DNA of 64,000 nt from Candidatus Kerfeldbacteria bacterium (GCA_047946875.1 CP181398.1:463818-527817), one strand, 5' to 3'. Positions 39,383 to 49,499 are shown, counted from the first letter of the stretch. The notes: a model not told the origin generated them from the sequence alone. Numbers and translations are program-made.

Positions 39383-40177
39383 ATGGAAGATCTAACAACA
39401 CTATCTCAAAAATTTCGCTTTTCATATTTTTCCAGTAAGTACTGGCTTGAGTCTGTTTGTAAAATAGAAGAAAGAAATAATGAATCCCTGGCATTAATTG
39501 AAAGTCTTGATGAAAAAGGAAAATGGATATTACAGTATACCCCCGAAAAAACTGAAAATCTTTATGGTGCAGAGATTTTATGGGCAACACAATCAGAATT
39601 GGATCGTATTACTGACCAAGAGATTAGTATAATAAAAAATGAGAAATCCATGCAAGAATATTTTTTCAAAACTAGCGATCTTATTTCCCTAGATGGTAGT
39701 GCCAATAAACAGAAACGTAGGGACATTCGATTATTTGAAAAAAAATATTCGTTTAAATTAGTACATACATACGACAAACAAAAAACCATTGCCTTTCTCA
39801 AAGATTGGGATCAAAAACAAGAAATTAAGACAGCTCCATACAAACGTGGTTTAAACTTTTGCTATTACCTACTTGATTACATCGACTCAGATGATAATTT
39901 ACGAGCTAATTATGTATTAATAGATAATAATCTCGTTGGTTTTTCTATCGGTGAAAAACTGACCAAAGACCATTGGATTGGATTGCACCAAAAAACTGAT
40001 TATAAGTATTTAGGTATTGGTAGATGGATGATCCGAGAACGAGCCAAATTATTTGTCGATGTGCAAATGATAGCGTCAGGTGGATCTATGGCTGACAAAG
40101 GAATCGCCCAATTCAAAGAAAGTTTTAACCCAACAAAAATTGAACAATATTACCACGTAATATTAAATAAGAAATAA
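39383..40177 (+). CDS. Hypothetical protein (possible GNAT-like fold)
   Basis: 264 aa. I recognised no strong motif. It lies 10 nt after the MT gene. Confidence 0.3.
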   Translation: MEDLTTLSQKFRFSYFSSKYWLESVCKIEERNNESLALIESLDEKGKWILQYTPEKTENLYGAEILWATQSELDRITDQEISIIKNEKSMQEYFFKTSDLISLDGSANKQKRRDIRLFEKKYSFKLVHTYDKQKTIAFLKDWDQKQEIKTAPYKRGLNFCYYLLDYIDSDDNLRANYVLIDNNLVGFSIGEKLTKDHWIGLHQKTDYKYLGIGRWMIRERAKLFVDVQMIASGGSMADKGIAQFKESFNPTKIEQYYHVILNKK

Positions 40178-40193
40178 TATAACTAATCAACTT

Positions 40194-40208
40194 AACATAA
40201 TCCTCTAC
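40194..40208 (+). repeat. 5' 15-mer of the dispersed element (AACATAATCCTCTAC)
   Basis: It matches 38524-38538 exactly. It lies 10 nt upstream of the ATG at 40219. Confidence 0.45.
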
Positions 40209-40218
40209 TCATAACTTA

Positions 40219-41031
40219 ATGAATAAAGAAAATTTTCCAAATATAAAAGAACTATTCAAAAATTTTGAAGGGCGTAAAAAAATGCTACGTGGTATTAAAC
40301 GTTATAATATCCGTCCAGTGATGTTTTACCGACCAGATCTTTATACTCACTCATTACACTTAGGATTAATCCTGCATGACTTAGCGGATAATATTAACCA
40401 AGTTTTTGGAGACAAAGTAGATATTGAGAAAACTATCTTGATGGGACTTATCCATGATGATCTAGAATTAGTCATGGGTGATATACAAGCTGCGCACAAA
40501 GCAAGGATGACACCAGAGCAGACCGCAGAGCTCCTAGAAACAGAATCAAAAGCTATCACCGAGATAAGTCAGAAGTTCCCGAAGAAAATTGGAAACTATA
40601 ATTATGAATCATTGTTACGTGAAGGGAATGATAGAAAAACAATAGAAGCAAGATTAATGCATTTTGCTGACCAGTTGGACGGTTTATGTGAATCTCTTCA
40701 TGAAGTTTATGGAGGCAACAAAAAATTTGAGCTAAATATTGTCACGGATGGATACGGAGCACATCCATCTCCAACAAGATTCTATGTACAGATAATATCA
40801 GATTTTAGTAAAAATTATCCAGAGATTCAACCTTTGTTTGAAACAAAACATCCTTTTCTCACTCCCCTACCAACTATTAATTTTAAGAAAACCGTTTTGA
40901 AAAACAAACCACACACCAAACAATCCATACTAAATAATGTTGGATATACACTCTACGATCACTGGAGAAAAATCATACGTGAATATGCAGATGAAAAGTT
41001 ATACAGTAATTTATATTTAAAACAAGAATAA
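40219..41031 (+). CDS. HD-domain phosphohydrolase, YfbR/HD_3-like (paralog of 35156-36313)
   Basis: H...HD motif (HSLHLGLILHDLAD...MGLIHDDLELVMGDI). It shares the GL(F/I)HD(L/D).E..(T/M).DI block with the other HD protein. Confidence 0.5.
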   Translation: MNKENFPNIKELFKNFEGRKKMLRGIKRYNIRPVMFYRPDLYTHSLHLGLILHDLADNINQVFGDKVDIEKTILMGLIHDDLELVMGDIQAAHKARMTPEQTAELLETESKAITEISQKFPKKIGNYNYESLLREGNDRKTIEARLMHFADQLDGLCESLHEVYGGNKKFELNIVTDGYGAHPSPTRFYVQIISDFSKNYPEIQPLFETKHPFLTPLPTINFKKTVLKNKPHTKQSILNNVGYTLYDHWRKIIREYADEKLYSNLYLKQE

Positions 41032-41032
41032 T

Positions 41033-42151
41033 ATGAAAAAAATAATAATTATAGTAATTATTTCTTTATTAGTAATAGGAGCTTGCGCTTGGTATTTAAT
41101 TACAGATAAAGAAGATGGTAATAACTGGGAAATATCAGAAAATGAAACATTCGAGACATCAATAATTGCAAACGATCGGTTTGGTTTTTTAGTCGGTTCA
41201 TCGGCTAAAGAGATGGAATTAGCCCGAGAAACTGGCGCTGGTTGGATTCGACCTCATCCTGGTCCGTTTGTCTGGGGAGAGATGCAAGAAAATGCTTCAA
41301 GTGAAATAGATTTCTCAAACACTGATAACATGATCAAATCCAGTGCTACTTATGATATTAATATCCTTCCTACCATCTGGCACTACGCTGAATGGGATCA
41401 GCAAGATAATCCAAACTCTAACGAATGTATAGCTTCAACTAGTGAATTCAAAAGAGAATTTGGTGAGTATCGTTGTGTTCCATATCATTGGAAGGAATAC
41501 CTAGGATGGGTTTCGATGATCGTAGAACGATATGATGGTGATGGACTTGGTGATATGCCAGGTTTAAAAAAACCAATTACTCACTGGGAGATAATGAATG
41601 AACCAGACTTAGGTACCCCAGACAGTAGTCCTGGTCTGCAATTTTTAATTGGAGAACCTTCCGATTATGCTGAACTTCTGAAAAGGACAAGTAGTGCTAT
41701 CCGAACTTCCGATCCAAATGCTACTATTCTAATAGCTGGTGCTGCTGGCGGTGATGAATCTTTTTTAAATTATTTCAGAGAAGTATTTTCAGATAAAGAA
41801 ACGCTAGATACATTTGATATCGCTAATGTACATTGTATTTCAAATGGAGATGTTGATTCATTTAATACAGTTCCCTATGCAGCAATGCTAGCTGAGTTTA
41901 ATATCAATAAACCAATCTGGGTCACTGAAGCCGAAGCATTTCAAAAAGATTCTTTTGAACAAAGAAAATATACATTAGATGAGCAACTATTAGTTAGTAG
42001 TATAAATGCTTTCGCTTCCGGAGCTGAAAAAATATTTTTTACATCAATGAACTTAGATCATATACCTGGTGGTGATAATAATAAACCCTCCAAAAAAGAT
42101 GGACCTCAAGCATCAACTGAAGTTTATCAAAAAATATTCAATAATTTTTAA
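41033..42151 (+). CDS. Membrane-anchored glycoside hydrolase, clan GH-A (GH5-like)
   Basis: N-terminal TM helix. WEIMNEPD carries the acid/base Glu in an NEP motif, and IWVTEAEA carries the nucleophile Glu in a TE motif. This is the (beta/alpha)8 clan A pattern. Confidence 0.45.
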   Translation: MKKIIIIVIISLLVIGACAWYLITDKEDGNNWEISENETFETSIIANDRFGFLVGSSAKEMELARETGAGWIRPHPGPFVWGEMQENASSEIDFSNTDNMIKSSATYDINILPTIWHYAEWDQQDNPNSNECIASTSEFKREFGEYRCVPYHWKEYLGWVSMIVERYDGDGLGDMPGLKKPITHWEIMNEPDLGTPDSSPGLQFLIGEPSDYAELLKRTSSAIRTSDPNATILIAGAAGGDESFLNYFREVFSDKETLDTFDIANVHCISNGDVDSFNTVPYAAMLAEFNINKPIWVTEAEAFQKDSFEQRKYTLDEQLLVSSINAFASGAEKIFFTSMNLDHIPGGDNNKPSKKDGPQASTEVYQKIFNNF

Positions 42152-42405
42152 TTTAATTGTATAAAAAATACATAATTAAAAATGAAGATGTTAGAAAAAT
42201 ATCAAGAATAAAATAACTCCCTGAATATATAAATATACCCAGAGAGCTTCGCATTACGGATGATAATAAAGATCTATTATAAAGCCCTGAAAAGCAGGGA
42301 CGTAATAAAGTATATATTACTAAATCGTAAGTTAATTATAATATAAAATCTTTGAAACTAAAAGTAGCATTCGTAGAAGATACCTTAAATCATTAGAAAA
42401 ATAAT

Positions 42406-43041
42406 ATGAACACAAAACATTGGGACCAACTACATGACAACTATACCAAAGTTGATTGGATTGACACACCAACAGAATTCTCACAGTGGGTCATTAAACA
42501 TTTATCACCCAATGGAAAGCTACTAGATATTGGTGGTGGACAAGGCCAAGACTCACGCTTCTTTGCTGACAAAGGATATAACGTAACACTATTAGATATA
42601 TCACCACGTGGATTGGAACTAGCTAAAGAAAAAACTTCAAAAAAATTACAAAAAAATCTTTCTTTTTACCAACATGATATTAGTAAATTACTTCCCTTTT
42701 CTGATAGTTCTTTTGACTTTGTATATACACATTTAGCCATTCACTACTTCAATAAAAAAACAACAAAACAAATTTTTGATGAGATGTATCGAATATTAAA
42801 AAAAGATGGGATAATCGCGATTTTCACTAATTCAATAAATGACCCGGAATATAATACAGGGGTAAAAATCGAAAAAGATTTTTTCGAGATTAGTGGAGTT
42901 AGAAAGAGATACTTTTCTATAGAAACTATGATAGAATTTACTAAGGGATTTGATACTATTGCTATTGATGAAAAAGGCAGTACCCCTAAAGACCGCGCAG
43001 TAAATACAAATAATTTAATTCGTTATATAGGAAAAAAATAA
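42406..43041 (+). CDS. Class I SAM-dependent methyltransferase
   Basis: LLDIGGGQGQDSRFFA motif. It is 211 aa. Confidence 0.7.
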   Translation: MNTKHWDQLHDNYTKVDWIDTPTEFSQWVIKHLSPNGKLLDIGGGQGQDSRFFADKGYNVTLLDISPRGLELAKEKTSKKLQKNLSFYQHDISKLLPFSDSSFDFVYTHLAIHYFNKKTTKQIFDEMYRILKKDGIIAIFTNSINDPEYNTGVKIEKDFFEISGVRKRYFSIETMIEFTKGFDTIAIDEKGSTPKDRAVNTNNLIRYIGKK

Positions 43042-43074
43042 TATGTCCAAATTATTAACAATTAACAAATAAAT

Positions 43075-43335
43075 ATGCCTACTATAGACGAACTACAAAA
43101 CCAAATAAACGAAATCAAAGAACGTAATAAGAAAGTCGAAGCTGATAAAACTTGGGAAACAAGCTGGATAAGAAAAATAATTGTGTTTATACTCACCTAC
43201 TTAGTAATTGTAGTATTCTTCTTAATCTCAGAGTTACCTAGTCCATTTATCAATGCGATAGTGCCTGCTCTGGCTTTTGTAATATCTACTCTTACACTCT
43301 CACTATTTAAGAAGATATGGTTAAAAAATAATTAA
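43075..43335 (+). CDS. Small membrane protein
   Basis: 86 aa with an N-terminal coiled segment and two TM helices. Confidence 0.35.
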   Translation: MPTIDELQNQINEIKERNKKVEADKTWETSWIRKIIVFILTYLVIVVFFLISELPSPFINAIVPALAFVISTLTLSLFKKIWLKNN

Positions 43336-43719
43336 ATGGATCTTTTAGAATTTGAAGATACAATTAAACAAGCTGTAGAAGCAGTACCTACTGAAATAAG
43401 AAAAAATATGGTTAATATAGGTTTTGTAGTAGAAGATGATCCGCGAGCAGCTAAGAATACAGAACATGCTATAAAATCTAATGGTGTTTTACTTGGTCTT
43501 TACCAAGGAGTTCCTCTTCCTAAACGTAGTGCTTATTATAGTGGCGCTTTACCAGATAAAATAACTATATTCAAAAATTCTATTGAAAGAATATTTGGAC
43601 CTGATACAGAAAGTATAAAAAGAAAAATATTTGATGTAGTACATCATGAAATTGGTCATTATCTTGGAATGGATGAACATACGGTAAGAAAATGGGAAAA
43701 AAATAGGAATAATAAATAA
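43336..43719 (+). CDS. Zincin-like mini metallopeptidase (HExxH)
   Basis: HHEIGHYLGMDE is a C-terminal HExxH motif in a ~127-aa protein. This resembles the small zincin-like families. Confidence 0.45.
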   Translation: MDLLEFEDTIKQAVEAVPTEIRKNMVNIGFVVEDDPRAAKNTEHAIKSNGVLLGLYQGVPLPKRSAYYSGALPDKITIFKNSIERIFGPDTESIKRKIFDVVHHEIGHYLGMDEHTVRKWEKNRNNK

Positions 43720-43730
43720 ACATTATATTT

Positions 43731-44195
43731 ATGAAAATACAAAAAGCAACTGAATCAGATAAAGATGGAGTTTTAAAAATCCTTGACGAATTCAGGGACG
43801 CCTGTATGAAAATAATATCACCAGAAAAAGAATTTATTTCAACTACCGCCAAAAATCATGGCAGTAAAGTCTTTGATAATATTATTGACTCTCCATATTC
43901 AGCAATATTTATTGCTAAAGAAAAAAATGAGTACCAAGGCATAATTACCATTCATAAAGTACCGCGTCTCAGACGAGGAACCTACTATGCCGAAATAGAA
44001 GAAATATTTGTAAAAGATGAATTTCAAGGTACTGAAATAGCACAAAAATTAATAGAAGCCACTGAAAAATGGTCAAAAGAAAACAATATCGAAGTTATAC
44101 ATTTAAAAAGTGGCATTGAATTAAAACGAGCTCATTCTTTTTACAAAAAAGTAGGCTTCAGACATTATGCTGAGGGCTACGAAAAAATCCTTTAA
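43731..44195 (+). CDS. GNAT family N-acetyltransferase
   Basis: The acetyl-CoA binding region VKDEFQGTEIAQKLIEATEKW (Q/RxxGxG/A-like) is present. It is 154 aa. Confidence 0.65.
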   Translation: MKIQKATESDKDGVLKILDEFRDACMKIISPEKEFISTTAKNHGSKVFDNIIDSPYSAIFIAKEKNEYQGIITIHKVPRLRRGTYYAEIEEIFVKDEFQGTEIAQKLIEATEKWSKENNIEVIHLKSGIELKRAHSFYKKVGFRHYAEGYEKIL

Positions 44196-44200
44196 TACTT

Positions 44201-44503
44201 ATGTCTTCAAATCAATTTAAATTACAATCTAAAGTTTGGCAATCGCCAGGTAAGGATATTTGGCACTTCGTATCTCTGCCAAAAAAACAATCAAAAGATA
44301 TTATGATCTTTTTTCAAGGCTTAACTCGTGGTTTCGGTTCATTACCAGTTAATGTAACAGTTGGTAGAACAAAATGGAAAACGTCAATTTTTCCCGATAA
44401 GAAAAACGGTATGTATATTCTTCCACTTAAAAAAGAAGTAAGAAATAATGAAAATATTCAAAATGGTGATACAATTAACTTATTAGTTAAAATACTTATT
44501 TAA
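44201..44503 (+). CDS. DUF1905-like protein
   Basis: ...LPVNVTVGRTKWKTSIFPDKKNGMYILPLKKEVR resembles the DUF1905 core as I recall it. Confidence 0.4.
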   Translation: MSSNQFKLQSKVWQSPGKDIWHFVSLPKKQSKDIMIFFQGLTRGFGSLPVNVTVGRTKWKTSIFPDKKNGMYILPLKKEVRNNENIQNGDTINLLVKILI

Positions 44504-44539
44504 TATAGATTATAACCATAACGACAAACAAATAATACT

Positions 44540-44953
44540 ATGCCATTAGGAGAAGTAACCAAAACAGAAGATTCTAACAAAACTAGCTCTAAGACAAAGC
44601 GTCATCTTTTTTTTAAAAAAATAAAAAAGATATTTTGGCTTATAATCATTCTCATTATAATTATTCAAGGATACCTAATAGCAACCAATTTTTTTAGTAA
44701 ACAACCTAACTTAAAAATGTGTTATGACAGATTTACTTGTGTTGGATATTGTGGAGTAGATTCTCAAAAAGAATGTTACAGTCTTGTGAGCGATGAAGAT
44801 TATAAAAAAGAATATAACTTCGGACAACTAATCAAAGGCAAGATAAACATTATCGAATTTTTCAACAAAAATACCAAATACTGTTATTGTGATTATTCCT
44901 CAGACTTAAGTGACCATGAAGAATTATACAATTTTTACAAGAAAAACAACTAA
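44540..44953 (+). CDS. Membrane-anchored Cys-rich hypothetical protein
   Basis: 137 aa. A basic N-terminus and one TM helix are followed by a Cys/Tyr-rich extracytoplasmic domain. Confidence 0.35.
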   Translation: MPLGEVTKTEDSNKTSSKTKRHLFFKKIKKIFWLIIILIIIIQGYLIATNFFSKQPNLKMCYDRFTCVGYCGVDSQKECYSLVSDEDYKKEYNFGQLIKGKINIIEFFNKNTKYCYCDYSSDLSDHEELYNFYKKNN

Positions 44954-45165
44954 TTTGACTTACTTTCTCAATTTGCTATACTTTAATTGTCCCAAATAAA
45001 AGAGTATGCGGGACAGAAGGACATTTAGTTATTAACATGACTAACCCATAAGTGGATGCTTAGGATGCATTATTCCTAGTTTTAATGCTTTAATCCTAGT
45101 ACTATTATTTCAACTACGTAGTTTTCTACTTTTTGCACGATGTACTTATAGCATCACATATGGAA

Positions 45166-45207
45166 GCCCTGGATAGATTTATAAATATTATCCAGGGTGT
45201 TTTTTTT
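45166..45207 (+). terminator. Rho-independent terminator at the right edge of the island
   Basis: CCCTGGATA...TATCCAGGG forms a 9-bp stem. It is followed by GTTTTTTTT. Confidence 0.6.
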
Positions 45208-45374
45208 AAAAAATTTGTAATTAATGATAGTATTATAAAATATACTACTTTAAAAATATATAGTGTACAAAAAAACAAGGAGTCTTTGAGTGGAGAAAAC
45301 TCAAAATAAAACAAAAGTTAGTAAATCTAAATTCATTTACTATCCCGGCTAGATATTAATACGTATTTTCGGCT

Positions 45375-46376
45375 TTATTTTCTTCTACTTGTTGCTAATT
45401 GACCACATGCTGCATTTATTTCATGCCCATAACTAAAACGTTGTGTAGTAGGAATACCAGCATCTAATAATATTTTCATGAATCTACTTACGGTTTTACT
45501 GTCAGAAGCTTTAAATTTTCCAGTTTCATTATATTTAATAAGATTAACCATATACAATGGCTTAGCCATTAATTTAACTAATTCTCTAGCATGTTTATCA
45601 GAATCATTTACATCTTTAATCATAAGATACTCAAACATAACACGACGGGAGTTTTTTATAATATATTTATCAACCGATTTTAAGACTTTTGCTAAAGAAT
45701 AAACTTTATTTATTGGCATCAACTTAGTTCTCAATTCTTCATTTGGTGCATGTAGCGAAATTGCCAAATTGACTTGCATATCTTCATCTTTGAATTTCTC
45801 GATGCCTGGTACAATACCTGAAGTTGACACTGCCATTCTTCTGGCACCAAGTCCAAATCCTTCTTCGCTATTCAATAATTTTATAGATGTTATTAAATTA
45901 TCATAGTTTAAAAAAGGCTCCCCCATTCCCATAAATACAACGTTAGTTACTTTAGAATTTTCTTTTTTCAGTATTCGTCCAAAAAATGTTACCTGCATTA
46001 TTATTTCACTGACTGTTAAATTTCTACTGAAACCCATTTGACCAGTTGCACAAAATTTACATCCTACCGCACAACCAATTTGCGATGACACACAGACAGT
46101 ATTACGATCGTCTTTATGTTTCATCAAAACAGCCTCAATTTTCAATCCATCATCAAGCTCTATTAAAGCTTTTATTGTATTCCTATCATTTGACTCTACC
46201 ACTTCTGATTTTATACTTAGTGGTATATTTTTATTTAATTCTTCTCTAAGATCAACAGGTAAAGTGGTCACATCTTTCCAGTTACTAACAAAATCTTGAT
46301 AAACAGCCTTCATTGCTTGTTTAATTCGATAAGGTTTTTGATCTTTTAAAAATTTCCCTAAATTATCTATATTCAT
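45375..46376 (-). CDS. rlmN: Radical-SAM 23S rRNA (A2503 C2) methyltransferase RlmN
   Basis: The CxxxCxxC radical-SAM motif is in GCAVGCKFCATGQ. The conserved C-terminal Cys (CGQL) is present. It is 333 aa. Confidence 0.85.
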   Translation of the reverse strand: MNIDNLGKFLKDQKPYRIKQAMKAVYQDFVSNWKDVTTLPVDLREELNKNIPLSIKSEVVESNDRNTIKALIELDDGLKIEAVLMKHKDDRNTVCVSSQIGCAVGCKFCATGQMGFSRNLTVSEIIMQVTFFGRILKKENSKVTNVVFMGMGEPFLNYDNLITSIKLLNSEEGFGLGARRMAVSTSGIVPGIEKFKDEDMQVNLAISLHAPNEELRTKLMPINKVYSLAKVLKSVDKYIIKNSRRVMFEYLMIKDVNDSDKHARELVKLMAKPLYMVNLIKYNETGKFKASDSKTVSRFMKILLDAGIPTTQRFSYGHEINAACGQLATSRRK

Positions 46377-46378
46377 AA

Positions 46379-46732
46379 TTAATCAATAATAGTATCATCT
46401 TTATCATAACTTAATTTCATTGCCAAAAACTTAAATTCTTCCCCACTTTCATTAGCAACTGTATGTTTTTCACCCACATTAACTAATAATATATCCCCTA
46501 CCTCTAATCTTATATTTTCGTTATTTACAATAAAATATCCATTATTATTTATAAGATAAAATAATTCCGTTTGATTATCGTGGTGATGTATTTTTGCCCT
46601 AACGCCCGACTTCATTCTTATTTCTTGTATCAAAAAATTTCCTGCCTTCAAGTCTGTAGCATCTAATAATATTTTTTTAAAATAGTCAGCCCCTTCCTGC
46701 CAATCTTTTGCTTCTGCTCTAATTATTTTCAT
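46379..46732 (-). CDS. Cupin-domain protein
   Basis: 117 aa. The His-containing beta-barrel motifs (RAKIHHHDNQTELFYL...GEKHTV) match the cupin fold. Confidence 0.5.
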   Translation of the reverse strand: MKIIRAEAKDWQEGADYFKKILLDATDLKAGNFLIQEIRMKSGVRAKIHHHDNQTELFYLINNNGYFIVNNENIRLEVGDILLVNVGEKHTVANESGEEFKFLAMKLSYDKDDTIID

Positions 46733-46742
46733 GAAAAAATGT

Positions 46743-48035
46743 TTATGGCAAATAATCTAGTGGGTTTACAGGTATACCACCTGATCTTACTTCAAAATGT
46801 AAATGAGGACCAGTTGTCAATCTTCCAGCTCCTGGTGTACCAGGTGTACCCCCAACAGCTCCAATTATTTGTCCTCTAACTACATATTCATCTTCTATTA
46901 CATCTATACGGCTAGTATGACCATAAACAGTCGAGATTTCATTATTATGAACAATCATTATATAGCTATACCCAAGTCCGGCATTTTTTGCTCTAGCTAC
47001 ATAACCACTTTCTGAGGCTCTAATATTTGTTCCTTGTGATGCGGGTATATCTATAGCTGGATGTTCAAACAATCTACGAAATGGGTAAGATGGATCATGA
47101 AAATATGCTGAGATGCCACGTGTAGCTGGAATTGGCCACATCAGTACCGCTTCAATATCCAAATCAACACCACCTTCTTCAAGTTTGTCTCTAACTCTTG
47201 ACTCAAGTGTATTAATCTCACCTTCAGCTGCTTGTTGCTCTCTAAGAGCTTCGTCTAATAATATTGAAAATCTTTCTTCTGATTCTTGTGTATCTTCTAA
47301 CAAAGCAACTTTATAATCTTGCTGACTATTTAAATTCGAAATACTACTAGATAGTTTTTCTGTAAGTTCGTCAAGTTCATCTTTCTTTGCTATTTTTTCC
47401 GTTTGTTCATCTTCTAATGTTTGTTTTGTTATTTTTAATTCTGACAATGCATCCTTAACATTACTTTGTAAATCTTGTGTATGTTGCATGTCATCAAAAA
47501 AATCAGAAAATGATTGATTACTAATAATAACTTCTAAATAACTTTGTTGATCTTGCTCATCAATTAATCTTATATAATTTGCTAGTACATCTTGTCTGTA
47601 TGCCAGCTCAATATCCTTCTCGGCTAAAGTAATCTTTAATGTATCTAATTCAATTCCTACTTTATCAATTTCCTCTCTCACGGTCTCAATATCATTTTCT
47701 GTTTGACCGACCTGCAACTCAATCAATTGCATTTGGCTTTGCAAAGTTAGAGACTCTTGTTGTTTAACTTTAATATTTTTTGCATATATATCTGATTTCT
47801 TTTTTAATTCTTCAATAGCATCTTTTTTATCAGTTAATTCTTGATTCAATACATTCAAAGATTCTGTAGTAGTGGATTCCGTCTCTGTAGAATTTACTTC
47901 TTCTGTTATTTCTTCTTGAGCCATGACATAAACCGTAGGGATCAATAAAAAAATACCTAACAAAACAGTTAGGCCAGCAACCTTTAGCATATTTAAGCTT
48001 TCTATTTTTATTTTATTGATTGAAAATAATGCCAT
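46743..48035 (-). CDS. M23 family metallopeptidase (peptidoglycan DD-endopeptidase) with N-terminal coiled coil
   Basis: The C-terminal M23 motifs HxxxD-like (FHDPSY...) and HLHFEV are present. A long coiled-coil N-terminus follows a TM/signal segment. Confidence 0.75.
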   Translation of the reverse strand: MALFSINKIKIESLNMLKVAGLTVLLGIFLLIPTVYVMAQEEITEEVNSTETESTTTESLNVLNQELTDKKDAIEELKKKSDIYAKNIKVKQQESLTLQSQMQLIELQVGQTENDIETVREEIDKVGIELDTLKITLAEKDIELAYRQDVLANYIRLIDEQDQQSYLEVIISNQSFSDFFDDMQHTQDLQSNVKDALSELKITKQTLEDEQTEKIAKKDELDELTEKLSSSISNLNSQQDYKVALLEDTQESEERFSILLDEALREQQAAEGEINTLESRVRDKLEEGGVDLDIEAVLMWPIPATRGISAYFHDPSYPFRRLFEHPAIDIPASQGTNIRASESGYVARAKNAGLGYSYIMIVHNNEISTVYGHTSRIDVIEDEYVVRGQIIGAVGGTPGTPGAGRLTTGPHLHFEVRSGGIPVNPLDYLP

Positions 48036-48074
48036 TTTAGTCGTTTATTTTAACAACAAGAGTATAGCATAAAA

Positions 48075-49499
48075 TCAATTATTTTGCAACATTTTTAAAG
48101 CTTTTTCTACTCTTTTTAATGTATCATTTTTACCCAATACTTCCATCACTTCAAATACTCCAGGACTTTTTTCTAATCCAGTAACAGCAATTCTTAAAGG
48201 CCACAAGACAACTCTATTATTTAGATTATTTTTCTTTATCATCCCCTCAAATAGAATCTTAAGACGTTCAGTAATATAATCAGAATTAGTAATGTTGTTT
48301 AAAACTTCAAGTGATAGTTTTAAAGATTTTTCCGTATCTTCTTGGGTATCTTTCTTTGAGACAAGGATTGATGAATCATAATCCAACTCATCAAGGAAAA
48401 AAAATTCAATTGCATCTTTCAACTCATGAATATTTTTAATCCTTTCACGACCAAGTTCTATAGCTTTTTTTGTTTTATCATTATTTGGAATATTTATCAA
48501 AAATTCTTTACTTCTATCTACCAATTCATCCAAATCCATTTGACGAATATAATTTCCATTTAGCCAATCAAGTTTTTCTAAATTAAAAATCGCACTAGAC
48601 TTATTAACTTTCAATAAATCAAATTCTTTTATTAACTCACTAATAGTAAATAATTCTTTTTCAGTTTTCGGGTTCCACCCAAGTAAAGAAATAAAATTTA
48701 ATACTGCTTCAGGTAAATATCCCATTTTTTTATAATCAAGCGATGCTACTGCACCATGACGTTTAGAAAGTTTAGATCTATCCATCCCTAATACCATCGG
48801 TAAATGTGCAAACACTGGCATGGGCCAATCAAAAGCTTTATATAATATAATATGTTTTGGCGTTGAAGGAAGCCATTCCTCCGCTCGAATCACATGAGAA
48901 ACTTCCATTTTATAATCATCTACCACATTAGCAAGATGATAAGTTGGAAATCCATCGGACTTCATAAGTACTTGATCGTCAATATTTTTATTCTTAACTT
49001 TAATTTTTCCATAAATCATATCTTCAAATTCTGTCTCCCCATCTTGTGGAACTTTTAATCTAATAACATGAGATTCTCCATTGCTTATCCTTTTTTCTAC
49101 TTCTACTTTTGATAAAGATCGACATAAACCATCATATTTTGTTGCCTGCTTATTAGCTTTTTGAACTTTACGAACTTCATCTAATCTTTCAGAAGTACAA
49201 AAACAATGATAAGCATTATCACTATCAAGAAGCTGCTCAATATGTTTTTTATATATATCCAATCTCTCTGACTGAAAAATTGGACCTTCATCTATATCTA
49301 AACCATACCAATCAAGTGATTCTTGGATATTCTCTACTGCCCCTTCAACATATCTTTCCTGATCCGTATCTTCAACACGTAATATAAATTTGCCATTATT
49401 TTTTCTGGCCCATAACCAATTAAATAATGCCGTTCTTAAACTGCCTATATGTAAATATCCCGTTGGTGATGGAGCAAATCTTACGCAAACTTTTTTCAT
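48075..49499 (-). CDS. gltX: Glutamyl-tRNA synthetase
   Basis: RFAPSPTGYLHIGSLRTALFNW carries the HIGH motif, and KLSKRHG is the KMSKS motif. It is 474 aa. Confidence 0.9.
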   Translation of the reverse strand: MKKVCVRFAPSPTGYLHIGSLRTALFNWLWARKNNGKFILRVEDTDQERYVEGAVENIQESLDWYGLDIDEGPIFQSERLDIYKKHIEQLLDSDNAYHCFCTSERLDEVRKVQKANKQATKYDGLCRSLSKVEVEKRISNGESHVIRLKVPQDGETEFEDMIYGKIKVKNKNIDDQVLMKSDGFPTYHLANVVDDYKMEVSHVIRAEEWLPSTPKHIILYKAFDWPMPVFAHLPMVLGMDRSKLSKRHGAVASLDYKKMGYLPEAVLNFISLLGWNPKTEKELFTISELIKEFDLLKVNKSSAIFNLEKLDWLNGNYIRQMDLDELVDRSKEFLINIPNNDKTKKAIELGRERIKNIHELKDAIEFFFLDELDYDSSILVSKKDTQEDTEKSLKLSLEVLNNITNSDYITERLKILFEGMIKKNNLNNRVVLWPLRIAVTGLEKSPGVFEVMEVLGKNDTLKRVEKALKMLQNN

